From: Chlamydiota bacterium | GTDB lineage: Bacteria > Chlamydiota > Chlamydiia > Chlamydiales > SM23-39 | Reading direction: 5' to 3' | DNA: 64,000 nucleotides | Assembly: GCA_038534095.1 (NCBI GenBank) | Contig: JBCAXK010000001.1 | Location: 10,172 to 74,171 of the forward strand | Shown: one piece after another, positions 39,401 to 47,597 of the stretch | Layout: each line of letters starts with the position of its first letter | Position numbering within the stretch: the first letter of the stretch is position 1 | Program-made: the position numbers and the translations under genes | Notes under the pieces: generated by a model | Database searches by the model: none | The model's input: only the letters and a program-made list of their open reading frames with translations | Told to the model about the DNA's origin: nothing

Positions 39401-41048
39401 CGTAAAAGGTTCTTCTAGAAAACTGCTTTTCTTTCTCTATCTTGGTTTGTAAAAGATTGGTACTGCTATCATAGTCATAAGCAATTTGCAAACCTGCACG
39501 CTTCTCTACAAGGAGTAAATTTTTTCCATCATCCGAATAGATTTTCCTATGAGAACGGGACTCAGCGTTGTTAGGATCAGGGAGCCGGTCATACAAGTAC
39601 ATGGGAGGCGCTTGCCCGGAAATATTTCCATATTCTCTCTTTTCTTGTACATTGCCTGCCTGATCGTAAAAATACCTTGTTGCTTTTAAACAGTTCCCTT
39701 CTGCGTCTACCCGGGCCTCTGCAAGAAGATACCGCAGTTTACGTAAGCTGCCTAAGCTCTTTTTTTGCTCACTTGTCAGGTGCATTTCTGCTGCAAGCCT
39801 ATTTAACGAAAATTTCGTATCCTCTCCCCAACAAAACAGATCTTTATGAGACAATATTTGTCGATCTGACTCTAAATAATAGTGTTCCACCGCATCTAAA
39901 CGCAAAAAGGGATCGTAACGGTAGACCGTTTTGTTTCCCTCAGCATCGTAGACGTCCGTGTGTCCTTCAGTTTTTCCATAATTGCCAGGATAATATTCAA
40001 AAGAGCGGAGAATTTGTACGGTTCCGTCGGGCATTTTCCTGGCCAAGCTAACAGCTTTTTTGTGTGTTTTACCTTTGCTTCTACTGTAACGGAGTGTGGT
40101 CACATCTCCATTTGGAAGAGTGCGCTCATGAATGAGCGCGGTGCCAGGATGATAGGTAAACGTCTTTTTCGGCTCTGTTGTGCTCACAATCGAATAAAGC
40201 TGCTTAGCTTCTGCATGTTTCGCGCGAAAGCTATAGGTGATGCTTTGTCCATCTGAGGTTTCTACTTGGACAATATCTTGCCCTTGCCCCCAAAAGTGGA
40301 AACGAATCCAAGCAAAGATGACCTCCCCTGTAGCGCTTTTGGACTGAATTTCACTCAAACGGATTGATCGAAGTGAGTCGTAGGTGTAACAAATACGGTT
40401 TTTATTCGGAAGGATCTCTTCTTCCAAACGGTACGTAAAAGCTTCTCTTTGCCCCGCATTTTCTACCGAATCGAGAACCCTTCGGTATCTTCTTATATGT
40501 CCAGACGGAGCAGTGATGGTAAATCCCGTCCCTTTGTAATCCATTTGCAACTGATTGTAACGCGTTGCGTAGTACTTAGAAGGCTTTTTATATCCGTAAT
40601 GGGCGAGATTGCGCAAAAAAACGACCGGGTCAACACAAAAATCTAAAATTTTTGATCCTTCTGATTTTCGTCGATACATATACTCTACAGGGATCAAATT
40701 CTTTTCTAAGACCTGGAGTCGCATGTTGTATTCGTGTGCTTTACGACCTAAAGCATTTTCCGGATGTTTCCAAGTGCTTTTTGCGAATAGATACTGATTG
40801 GCAAACCACCCTTGAAACACCTGTTCCTCATCAGAAAACGTACTGAAATGGCGCAAATCAAACTCGAGAGGCTCAGCTCCTTGCACAGTCACAAGTTCTT
40901 GCAAAACATAATCCCCTGTTATGGGATTGACGCATCCGTCCACCGCAAAATCAGCATCTTGCTGATACGCAGAAAAAAATGCGGGAGTGGGACAAGACGC
41001 AAAGAGGGTAAAAACAGAAAAAAGGGTACATAGGCATAAAACGCGCAT
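36357..41048 (-). CDS. YD/RHS-repeat protein (1563 aa) with signal peptide/possible lipobox and RHS core but no C-terminal toxin domain
   Basis: More than 30 YD repeats (YxYDxxGRL-like: YEYDPLGRLTKV, YAYDGFGRCLSE, YQYDQGGRLIEK and others). The N-terminus is MRVLCLCTLFSVFTLFASC. The RHS core end is NPWRFASSRVDSYSNKVYYKNRYYSPEHGMWVTKNP, followed by only about 31 aa. Confidence 0.9.
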   Translation of the reverse strand: MRVLCLCTLFSVFTLFASCPTPAFFSAYQQDADFAVDGCVNPITGDYVLQELVTVQGAEPLEFDLRHFSTFSDEEQVFQGWFANQYLFAKSTWKHPENALGRKAHEYNMRLQVLEKNLIPVEYMYRRKSEGSKILDFCVDPVVFLRNLAHYGYKKPSKYYATRYNQLQMDYKGTGFTITAPSGHIRRYRRVLDSVENAGQREAFTYRLEEEILPNKNRICYTYDSLRSIRLSEIQSKSATGEVIFAWIRFHFWGQGQDIVQVETSDGQSITYSFRAKHAEAKQLYSIVSTTEPKKTFTYHPGTALIHERTLPNGDVTTLRYSRSKGKTHKKAVSLARKMPDGTVQILRSFEYYPGNYGKTEGHTDVYDAEGNKTVYRYDPFLRLDAVEHYYLESDRQILSHKDLFCWGEDTKFSLNRLAAEMHLTSEQKKSLGSLRKLRYLLAEARVDAEGNCLKATRYFYDQAGNVQEKREYGNISGQAPPMYLYDRLPDPNNAESRSHRKIYSDDGKNLLLVEKRAGLQIAYDYDSSTNLLQTKIEKEKQFSRRTFYEYDAHGQRIAQIVDDGKSFAKNDLDGVTQRQITKYLLRTEAPFIGIVDIKEHWYYDAKNQQDVFSGKETFQYNHLGKVTKKAVYDATGAYCYAEKVAYDEKGLLKRESNALYANMVFHDEHHRRIGEEEIQGKRKTLRSFNSLGQVILKETISDEEETHHERFSYDLLGRMIKKKNYLGQVENYQYNRLGQMVKRITPAVSTKSGVVRRPTYTSHYDSYGRLIEEWFEKKQETAMTYTLDDQLASIEYADGTKELRTYDSAGRLQSITNALGVVTRYAYDGFGRCLSEQVVSPTGKVLQERRKTYDAFHLLSETDEEGNPILYTYDFSGKKVGKKMGQNIEFYEYDPLGRLTKVRHHNTGTQFHEEYTRDFLGRVIEKSIQEDYPRNRILFRESYRYDPMDCCINTVSYVNNAPSLTTRAYDGFLRLTHTIDPEGRRTDYFYEKHQLENGLILEEQTRKNPSGIEVVELRDALGRLVSSKKRHGESLLEEDAYFYDFRGNLIEHAETLFTPMGEKRVTKNAYEYNTMNQIQSLIEFADSELERQYYYTYTPTGKLFETFKPDGVAITRNYDFQDRLTRLFSSDGTVDYTYFYDAYGRSLGCQDHLTGQKTARVYNREGRLAKEILENGLFLQFDYNSMGQKTEISLPDTSRVVYKYDPIYLSSISRYDHYGEKVFSHQCLQYDLAGNVLRERSSFDTLYQYDQGGRLIEKSQEKFRQKILATGPSGAIETLETTIYGHKEEDLFLYDPLGHPLQESGIVSKDYSDWIRKPLWGQDLGEKEHHQEIGKGTRIKLIYDKNGNLCSEILGNKTILYTYDALDRLICYAIEDKFNIHYDYDGYHRRIGMSVFEPDETHWKKKYDTQFLYDGELEIGRYQKGSLVEMRVLKNPDVSPFPRMICLELYDEIYYPLQDFFGNTVGLLGENLALVEQSNFTLFGEEINVLDVPWINPWRFASSRVDSYSNKVYYKNRYYSPEHGMWVTKNPKRYYENPLEALSAEISRVSINQSQSPSCSSR

Positions 41049-41372
41049 AAATATTCCTTAAGAAGAAAAAAATTTTTGAAAAATGTAAAAGAAAACTAGG
41101 AAAACATCAAGAAAAACTCCTAGAAGATGTGACCATTTTGCTTTGTCCCACGCTGAGAAATTCTGGGTAAAAACCGCTCTACATCGCTAGATTGTGAGCC
41201 ACGATCCTGCAAAATTAGGATGGAAAGTCAACTGATGAGACATGGAACGCTCTTCCCCCTTTGGAAGCCTCTCTTCAAAAAGCTTTCGACTTACGCAACG
41301 CAAAGAACAGACCTTACTTTGTCATACGGCGTTTGTTGATGACGCTTGGCAACCACTTTCTCTCCTCACTCT

Positions 41373-41831
41373 TTAGAGGAGCTTCTTTCTTGATGGTGAA
41401 TCAGTGTCTCTTTCATTGCGCACTTTTCCGATTTCAAGATCAGGCTGACTAGCAACGCTGTTTTGGTTATCCCCCTTTTGAAAAGCCCCCTGACTAAATG
41501 ACGAAATGGCTCGAAGAAATAAAAGTATGCAGTCTGCGTAAATCAGGACTTTTGAGAAGATATGGAACACTTCCAATACGCCCCTAGACAGCAAAAGATA
41601 CCAGCTCGTCTTATTTTGATTAGCGATTTCTGCAAGCAAGTGATATACGGAAAAAACTAGGCGAGCTATCCCCACGATCCATTTGATACAAGGGAGATGA
41701 GAAAGAGCGTTTCCAATGTTGATAAAGACCCTGCGATGGTTTTTCTCAAGAGGATCGAAAGAACTACTTAGACCATAAAATCCGTGAAAATAGGTCCACT
41801 CACTAAAAGACTGTTGTACATGAAACGGCAA
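41373..41831 (-). CDS. hypothetical membrane protein (152 aa)
   Basis: Hydrophobic segments IKWIVGIARLVFSVYHLLAEI and VLIYADCILLFLRAISSF. No motif. It lies upstream of the RHS gene on the same strand. Confidence 0.4.
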   Translation of the reverse strand: MPFHVQQSFSEWTYFHGFYGLSSSFDPLEKNHRRVFINIGNALSHLPCIKWIVGIARLVFSVYHLLAEIANQNKTSWYLLLSRGVLEVFHIFSKVLIYADCILLFLRAISSFSQGAFQKGDNQNSVASQPDLEIGKVRNERDTDSPSRKKLL

Positions 41832-42451
41832 TCAAACTGCCCCTTAGTTGGTATCGTATTTTCAAGAATCTTATTATAGTTGGGTCATTTGCTCAAGAAA
41901 TTTTGCGTAGCAAGCCCCCTCTTTTTCGAAAAAACCGTTGCAGCGGGAATAGGTTGTTTGGATTCCCGAAATATTTGCGCAAAGAATTGCAAAAACAGAA
42001 TCGATTGCCCACAAAATCACCCCGCATCAAAGCCTTTTGCCCTTTTATGCCCGAAGATGTAGCTGCATTAAGGCTATCTACGGACGGTTGTTCCCACTTG
42101 TGCTTGTGCTGTCTTTCGGCTCTCTTACTGGTAGACTGTAGCATAGAACGATCTTGCAGAAGGCAAAAACTTTTTGAGAAAAAATGCGAAGAAAAAAACA
42201 ATGCTTGGATCTTTGTAAAAAATAGAAGAGAATAATTTTTGAAAAAATATTCTTCAGCGCCTATTTAGGAGCAGATCGAATCGCTTGAGGGAACCTCGGC
42301 ACACTTAAAGCCAAGATTCTTCGAAGCTTCCTTGCTATTATGAATCAGGGAATGTTTTCTTAGCCTACCTTCGCTGATCCTACTTTAAGTAGAACTGCCT
42401 AGTTGCTGGATGTTTGTAAATCTTATATCGTATTCAAAAAGGAACGTATGT

Positions 42452-43537
42452 ATGGACATTTTCGTTGTTTTTCTTTTCATCATCAATTCTTTATGGTGTT
42501 TTGAAAACATTTCCCCTCCCTACATCGAGGAGCTAGGTCAGAGCGCATGGTATCAAAATGAACAGATAGATTCTGATCAATACGCAGATCTACCCGAAGC
42601 GCTTATTGCCCCAGGCCGTTTCTTGCACATCTCTGCTGAAGGTCGCTTTCTCTACTGGGAGGCGCGTGAGGAAGGGTTAGCCCTCGGAAAAATCAAACCG
42701 AGTCAAAAAAGCCTCGACAATGAAGTACTCCAACAAGATTACGCTTTCAAACCAGGCTTCAATCTATCCCTGATGTTCCAGTTGAGTCGTAGCAATTGGG
42801 ATACAACTTTTTCGTATACACAGTTTGACTCTATGATCCATACAAAAATACAGGGAAAAAATACGGAGGTGATTCTTTCTCCTTTTTTTGATCCTATTAT
42901 CGAACTCGAGCGACTTGAATCTGATTGGACACTAAAACTCACTCTTTTAGACACAGAACTTGGAAAAACCTGCTTTTTGGGTGAGCACTTTTTCTATAGA
43001 CCCTTCATCGGCCTACGCTTCTATTTGCTCAACCAAAAACTTTTTTTAGATGGTTATCCGTTTCCTGTAGGGCTCTTTATGAATCCCGCATTAGCAAGCG
43101 TCACATTCTATTCACAAACAGCCAACCACTGGTCCCGATCTCATTCTCTTGGTCCCCGGGTAGGGACAGATTTGGACTTTCTTTTGGGTTACGGGCTGCA
43201 AGCCCATTGCAACGTCGCTTCCTCTATTGTCTATTTTAACTACGACGCCTCTGCCCAACGATCGATCGATCTTGAAGAAGACATAGAAACAAAAATCACG
43301 ATAAACAATGACGCTTTTCTGAGAGCTCTTAGCGAAATTTCTACAGGACTTTCCTTTGGAGGACATCTATTTCACGAGCAATTGTACGTAGATGTTGGGA
43401 TCTTTTTTGACGCAAAAGTATTTTCTGGACACAATCCATTTTCCGATTTGCTGCGCAACCTTTCCAATCAGATCAATGGGTATTACGGCAATCTCTACTT
43501 TTGGGGACTATCTTGCGCTCTTCGATCAGAATTTTAA
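42452..43537 (+). CDS. MOMP-like outer-membrane beta-barrel protein (Legionella-type major OMP family)
   Basis: I chose the start at the ATG at 42452, which has AAGGAA 9 nt upstream; the track start is 42410. The signal peptide is MDIFVVFLFIINSLWC. Family hallmarks are ISAEGRFLYWEAREEGLAL, YAFKPGFNLSL...W.TTFSYTQF, W.L.LLDTELGK...YRPFIGLRF, and GPRVG. The C-terminus ends in F (ALRSEF). Confidence 0.75.
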   Translation: MDIFVVFLFIINSLWCFENISPPYIEELGQSAWYQNEQIDSDQYADLPEALIAPGRFLHISAEGRFLYWEAREEGLALGKIKPSQKSLDNEVLQQDYAFKPGFNLSLMFQLSRSNWDTTFSYTQFDSMIHTKIQGKNTEVILSPFFDPIIELERLESDWTLKLTLLDTELGKTCFLGEHFFYRPFIGLRFYLLNQKLFLDGYPFPVGLFMNPALASVTFYSQTANHWSRSHSLGPRVGTDLDFLLGYGLQAHCNVASSIVYFNYDASAQRSIDLEEDIETKITINNDAFLRALSEISTGLSFGGHLFHEQLYVDVGIFFDAKVFSGHNPFSDLLRNLSNQINGYYGNLYFWGLSCALRSEF

Positions 43538-43552
43538 TTAGGCTACGTATTT

Positions 43553-44383
43553 GTGAGGCATTTGTACTATTTTTCTCTGTTTTTCCTCCCCTTTTCTATA
43601 GAAGCCATCCAGCAAGTTTCTTTAGAGATTGGATACGCGCATACAGACTGTTCTTTTGGGTTTTCTCAGACCTTGTTTCAACAAATTGAAGAGGATTGGC
43701 ATGATGTAAGTAGCGTAATTACTGGTTTAGAGTACTCTTATAAAGAGCCAGACTACATCGAATCAAGAACAGCTGTTACTTACAGCAATACGCTCTCTGA
43801 TCATGGCTCTTGCTTCTTAAAAACAGGATTGCCTGAGGAAGCTAGCGCCACTTTTTCTCACAAGCTCCGAGGATACAGCTATAGCCTCGAGGAGAGGCTT
43901 GGATACCCCTTTCGCTTAGGAGCTATTTACTGGTCTCCACTTGCTGGCTTCTTTTTTGAATCGATTTGCTGGAAGCGCAAAAATCTTTCGAAAAAGATGT
44001 CGAGCGCAGGTACATTCTTTCCCCAGAAACGTATTCACGTGCGCAACATCATGCCACTTGTGGGCTTAAACGTATCGTATCAGCCATGGAGAAGCGCTTC
44101 TTTCCTCATCGATGGATCCTACGCTTATCAATTTGGTGCGATGCGACTAGAATCTTCCTATGAAAGAAACGGCAACACTACCAAAGAAAAGGTGGAAGAG
44201 TTTTCAGGGATTCATGATGCAACAATTCGGGGACTGCTGCGCATCAGTCATTATGCCTATATTGGAATTGCAGGAAGTTACCGAAAGCAAAAAGCGAAAG
44301 AGAAAACTCTTTCGCGAGGAAAATTTACAGGAATGACAAGAGAGGTGCTTGCCATAAAAACAAGCCTCTCGTTTGTGTTTTAA
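43553..44383 (+). CDS. putative outer-membrane beta-barrel protein (276 aa)
   Basis: GTG start. The signal peptide is MRHLYYFSLFFLPFSIEA. Aromatic/hydrophilic residues alternate, and the C-terminus is ...LSFVF (terminal Phe). Confidence 0.55.
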   Translation: MRHLYYFSLFFLPFSIEAIQQVSLEIGYAHTDCSFGFSQTLFQQIEEDWHDVSSVITGLEYSYKEPDYIESRTAVTYSNTLSDHGSCFLKTGLPEEASATFSHKLRGYSYSLEERLGYPFRLGAIYWSPLAGFFFESICWKRKNLSKKMSSAGTFFPQKRIHVRNIMPLVGLNVSYQPWRSASFLIDGSYAYQFGAMRLESSYERNGNTTKEKVEEFSGIHDATIRGLLRISHYAYIGIAGSYRKQKAKEKTLSRGKFTGMTREVLAIKTSLSFVF

Positions 44384-44781
44384 CGCTTGGAGAATTGGAA
44401 ACGCTTACGAGCTCCTGCAAGCCCATATTTTTTACGCTCTTTCTTCCTAGGATCTCTTGTAAGGTAGTTGAGATCTTTGAGTACTTTTCTAAAGTCCTCG
44501 TTCCACTCAACAAGAGCCCTTGCAATCCCTAAGCGCGTTGCTACGGCTTGCGCTTCTAAGCCTCCGCCCTTTACCCGAATCACTGCGTCATATTCACTAT
44601 CAACAGACATTTTGATGAGAGGGGCCTTTAGAGTATCTTGCATGTAAGACGCTTTGAAATAGTCTTTACACTCCTTCCCGTTGACACGAATTTTTCCGCT
44701 TCCCTTCCTAAGTCGTACAGAGGCTACAGCGGTTTTTCTTCTACCAACGCCAATATTTTCTTCTAATAATTTCTTTGCCAT
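44380..44781 (-). CDS. rpsI: 30S ribosomal protein S9
   Basis: GRRKTAVASVRL..G.GKI.VNG, GGG..AQA.A.RLGIARAL, and the end ...RKRFQFSKR. Confidence 0.97.
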   Translation of the reverse strand: MAKKLLEENIGVGRRKTAVASVRLRKGSGKIRVNGKECKDYFKASYMQDTLKAPLIKMSVDSEYDAVIRVKGGGLEAQAVATRLGIARALVEWNEDFRKVLKDLNYLTRDPRKKERKKYGLAGARKRFQFSKR

Positions 44782-44790
44782 ATCTTCTTC

Positions 44791-45231
44791 TTAAATGTTT
44801 ACTTTGATCGGTTGTTGGGCTTGCATATTATGCTCACCACCCTTAAATACATGCATCTTTTTGATTTGAGCTCTTCCCAATTTTGTTTTCGGTAGCATCC
44901 CTTTAACAGCATGTTCAAGAATGTATTCGGGCTTTTTCTGCAGCATCACTGCGTAAGGGATTTCTTTCAACTGCCCTACATGTCCCGAGTGTCTATAATA
45001 GTTTTTTTGCGCTTTTTTATTACCAGTAACGAGAATCTCTTCCACGTTAATCACGATCACGCCATCACCTGTATCTTGGTTAGGAGTGAAGTTTGGTTTA
45101 TGCTTTCCTCGAAGGACTTTTGCAATCTCAGAGGCAAAGCGGCCTAAAGTTTTCCCTTTAGCATCAAAAAGATACCACTTACGTTCTTTGATCGCCTCTT
45201 CTTTACTAACAAATTTTGTTTTATCTTTCAT
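44791..45231 (-). CDS. rplM: 50S ribosomal protein L13
   Basis: WYLFDAKGKTLGRFASEIAKVLRGKHKP.FTP and GDGVIVINVEEI. I moved the start to the ATG at 45231; the track start is 45267. Confidence 0.95.
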   Translation of the reverse strand: MKDKTKFVSKEEAIKERKWYLFDAKGKTLGRFASEIAKVLRGKHKPNFTPNQDTGDGVIVINVEEILVTGNKKAQKNYYRHSGHVGQLKEIPYAVMLQKKPEYILEHAVKGMLPKTKLGRAQIKKMHVFKGGEHNMQAQQPIKVNI

Positions 45232-45529
45232 TGTTTTACAGTTCCAATAACACACTATGATAAGCAATCATAAAAAAGCAGAAGTTTTTTTTCAAAGCTT
45301 TTCCAAGGGAATTTCTACCCCTCTCAAGTTTTTATCCTCTAAAAGATCTACAGCTTCTCCTAACCACGCTTCAGATGGTTCAGAGAGAGCTAGAAAAGAT
45401 CAAACAGATTTTTGATCAAAACAAGATTTTTTATAAAGAAAGATTGTTTGTTTCCTCGTAGGTTTTGATTGAAAAAATGTCTTTAACTATTTTTGGCAAG
45501 AGATGGATCTGACCCCTTTCCTCAACTAT

Positions 45530-45800
45530 TTTTTATAAAAATACGCAATAAAGGAGAAAGAGACAGTTCAATGCATCCAACCAGACAAATGAAATCAACG
45601 TTTCACTGATGACGATCTTTGATAAGGCATATGGAATATTGCTGTAAGAATCCCCCGTGTTTTTCCTCGTGGGTAATTTGTTCCCCCTTAATGAGATTTC
45701 GTAACTTTTCGCTGAGTGTTTTTTCTGATCTACTCGATAAATTTTTAAACTGCCACGAATGGACTGTAACCCGATTTCGCAATTTCTCTTCACAAATAAA
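45530..45800 (-). repeat. copy A of a diverged ~270-300-bp duplicated element (frameshifted relative to copy B)
   Basis: My hand alignment to 46396-46672 gives roughly three quarters identity. A 32-nt perfect core, atgacgatctttgataaggcatatggaatatt, lies at 45609-45640. Two overlapping minus-strand ORFs (45603..45863 and 45533..45826) match the N- and C-halves of the copy-B ORF. They are offset by one extra nt beside a poly-A run. Confidence 0.8.
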
Positions 45801-45950
45801 AAGACGTTCCTGTTGCCAAGATCCATCTGAGCAACAAAACCTCAAGTTAAAAACCGTTATCACTTTCTGCGTTAATGGGTCCCTTCCCCAGATAACCGGC
45901 TTTTCCTGATTTATGTTATAGGAACCTAATCCAGCTCTTGCATCTTGAAG

Positions 45951-46229
45951 CTATTTGTGCACGTTAGGAGAATAATTCTCTTGATTGAGCGTATGTCCTG
46001 CTGCACTTAAAGCCTCCTTGAAAAAGAGTGGCAAATTGGCATAAGGATCGTTAGAAGAGCGCAGATAACTATTTGGGTTCTTGCTGAAACATTTTCTTGC
46101 AACCTTCGATACAATGTTTGTGATAAAGGCTATTCCAGCAAATACTGCAAACACCTTAAGACCATAAAACATGTCGTAAGTATCTTTTGGATGAAATTGC
46201 TTTGAATGAACGGATACGTTGAAGGCCAT
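45951..46229 (-). CDS. hypothetical single-TM small protein (92 aa)
   Basis: One hydrophobic helix (GLKVFAVFAGIAFITNIV). No motif. Confidence 0.4.
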   Translation of the reverse strand: MAFNVSVHSKQFHPKDTYDMFYGLKVFAVFAGIAFITNIVSKVARKCFSKNPNSYLRSSNDPYANLPLFFKEALSAAGHTLNQENYSPNVHK

Positions 46230-46389
46230 GTCTCTCTCATTAAAGAAATTTAGAAAAATATTTTTACTCGAAATGGGATAAAACTGCAGTGTTTTTTTAT
46301 TGCGAGATGAGAGTCAGTGCCTTTTATCTCCCATTATGTAAAAAAACGAGCAAATCCCCGATTTTCCTAAAAGCTTGTTCCAGCCTTTT

Positions 46390-46692
46390 TTAAAGTATTT
46401 TTGGTAAAAATATGCAGCAAGGGAGAAGTAGCCGGTTCAATGCATCAAATCGCCCAAATGAAAGTAGCGTTTCACGCATGACGATCTTTGATAAGGCATA
46501 TGGAATATTTCTCTGAGAATCTCCAGAATTTTTCCTCATGAGTACTTTCTTGCCTCTTGATGAGGTTTTGTAACTTTTTGCTGAGTTTTTTTCTGATCTA
46601 CTCAATGAACTTTGAAACTGCGATGAATGAATGGGAAATCGATCTCGCAATATCCCTTCACAAATAAAAACGCCTCTCTTCACAAATTCCAT
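46390..46692 (-). repeat. copy B of the duplicated element; contains an intact 100-aa minus-strand ORF of unknown function
   Basis: The 32-nt core lies at 46478-46509. The ORF is MEFVKRGVFICEGILRDRF...NIPYALSKIVMRETLLSF.... Coding status is unresolved. My hand comparison of the codons gave about 7 synonymous and about 22 nonsynonymous differences against copy A. Confidence 0.7.
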
Positions 46693-46751
46693 AGAAAACG
46701 CTAAGCAAGATCGATTTTTACAAACGTTTTGTAGCTTTTAAAAAGCATTTG

Positions 46752-47597
46752 TCAACAGGAATGTCTCGAAAAGATTACGTGAACTATGCGCTCATCAGTC
46801 GTTGTACTACGTTGAGCCTGCGGCGAAGAAGGTATTCCGTATTCAGTCCTAGACGGAGAACTGGAAACCAGCTTCAACTGAGGTGCGACGTATTGAGCAC
46901 CAGGTTGAGGATTGAGAGCCAATGCCAAAGGAATTGTAGAATGTCCAGCGATAGGTTGAGGATTTGGAGGCAGTGTCAACTGATGTGTAGGATATTGAGT
47001 CATACCCTGAGTACACGGACATTGAGAGGTGGGATGTTGAGCGATAGGTTGACGATTGGAATTAGATCCTAAAAGATCGGGATCAGGTTCTAACTCAGGC
47101 ATTTCATCGTAATTTTCCTCGGTAGAGAGGAGGGCTGTATTTTGCTGCTTTTGAGTAGTAACTAGACTCTTCGAAGCTCTAGGATCAGCTTCTAAAGCAG
47201 ACATGCCATGGGATTTTTGCGTGGAAGGAACTGAGGATGTTTTTTCCTCCTGTTTATTAGTCGTTGGATCGGTTCTTGTCCGTTTGTTGGGTTGTTCTTC
47301 GCTTTTTGAAACACCTGATTGCTTGTTTGCGAAGTAGGCTTCTGTACCATCAGACAAGCGGAACGACCGTTTTTTTATTATTAAGGCAGGGCGGTATCGG
47401 TGTAAGCCGAAATGTAGAATTGTTTCTATTTTTCGAGCTTGTCTTAACATCTCCGGATTTGTGGGTCCGTGCAGTGCCGATGCGATGTCTAGATCAGAAT
47501 CTTTCGCTAGATTAGTCGGAACACTCATGGGCATAGTCTCTCTAGGAGTAGTTTGGTAATAATTTGTATTGAGATGGATAGGGGGGGTGGAACTCAT
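46752..47597 (-). CDS. low-complexity P/Q/T-rich protein; N-terminal module paralogous to the 1081-aa ankyrin protein
   Basis: I prefer the start at the ATG at 47597 (MSSTPPIH...) because it matches MSSIPPFR... of the gene at 53708. The track start is 47633. Shared pieces are GPTNPEMLRQARKIE versus GNPTDYVTVRQTAREIE, and KRTRTD versus KRRRTD. The C-terminus has degenerate N(R/P)QP(I/G)A(Q/G)(H/Y) repeats. Confidence 0.6.
   Translation of the reverse strand: MSSTPPIHLNTNYYQTTPRETMPMSVPTNLAKDSDLDIASALHGPTNPEMLRQARKIETILHFGLHRYRPALIIKKRSFRLSDGTEAYFANKQSGVSKSEEQPNKRTRTDPTTNKQEEKTSSVPSTQKSHGMSALEADPRASKSLVTTQKQQNTALLSTEENYDEMPELEPDPDLLGSNSNRQPIAQHPTSQCPCTQGMTQYPTHQLTLPPNPQPIAGHSTIPLALALNPQPGAQYVAPQLKLVSSSPSRTEYGIPSSPQAQRSTTTDERIVHVIFSRHSC

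Noticed and set aside
41880-42235. Mutually overlapping ORFs on both strands (60, 102 and 110 aa)
   Set aside because: There is no SD sequence, the translations are implausible (Cys/Arg/Phe-rich), and the ORFs exclude each other. I treat the stretch as non-coding upstream region of the OMP genes.
43335-43355. aaggaaagtcc on the minus strand, resembling the RNase P RNA GAGGAAAGUCC box
   Set aside because: It lies inside the MOMP-like coding sequence, and none of the flanking RNase P conserved regions are present. This is coincidence.
46749-47072. 107-aa plus-strand ORF with RLRI/QCQ repeats
   Set aside because: It is the mirror image of the P/Q-rich repeats of the minus-strand gene. Its repeat structure is inherited from the opposite strand.
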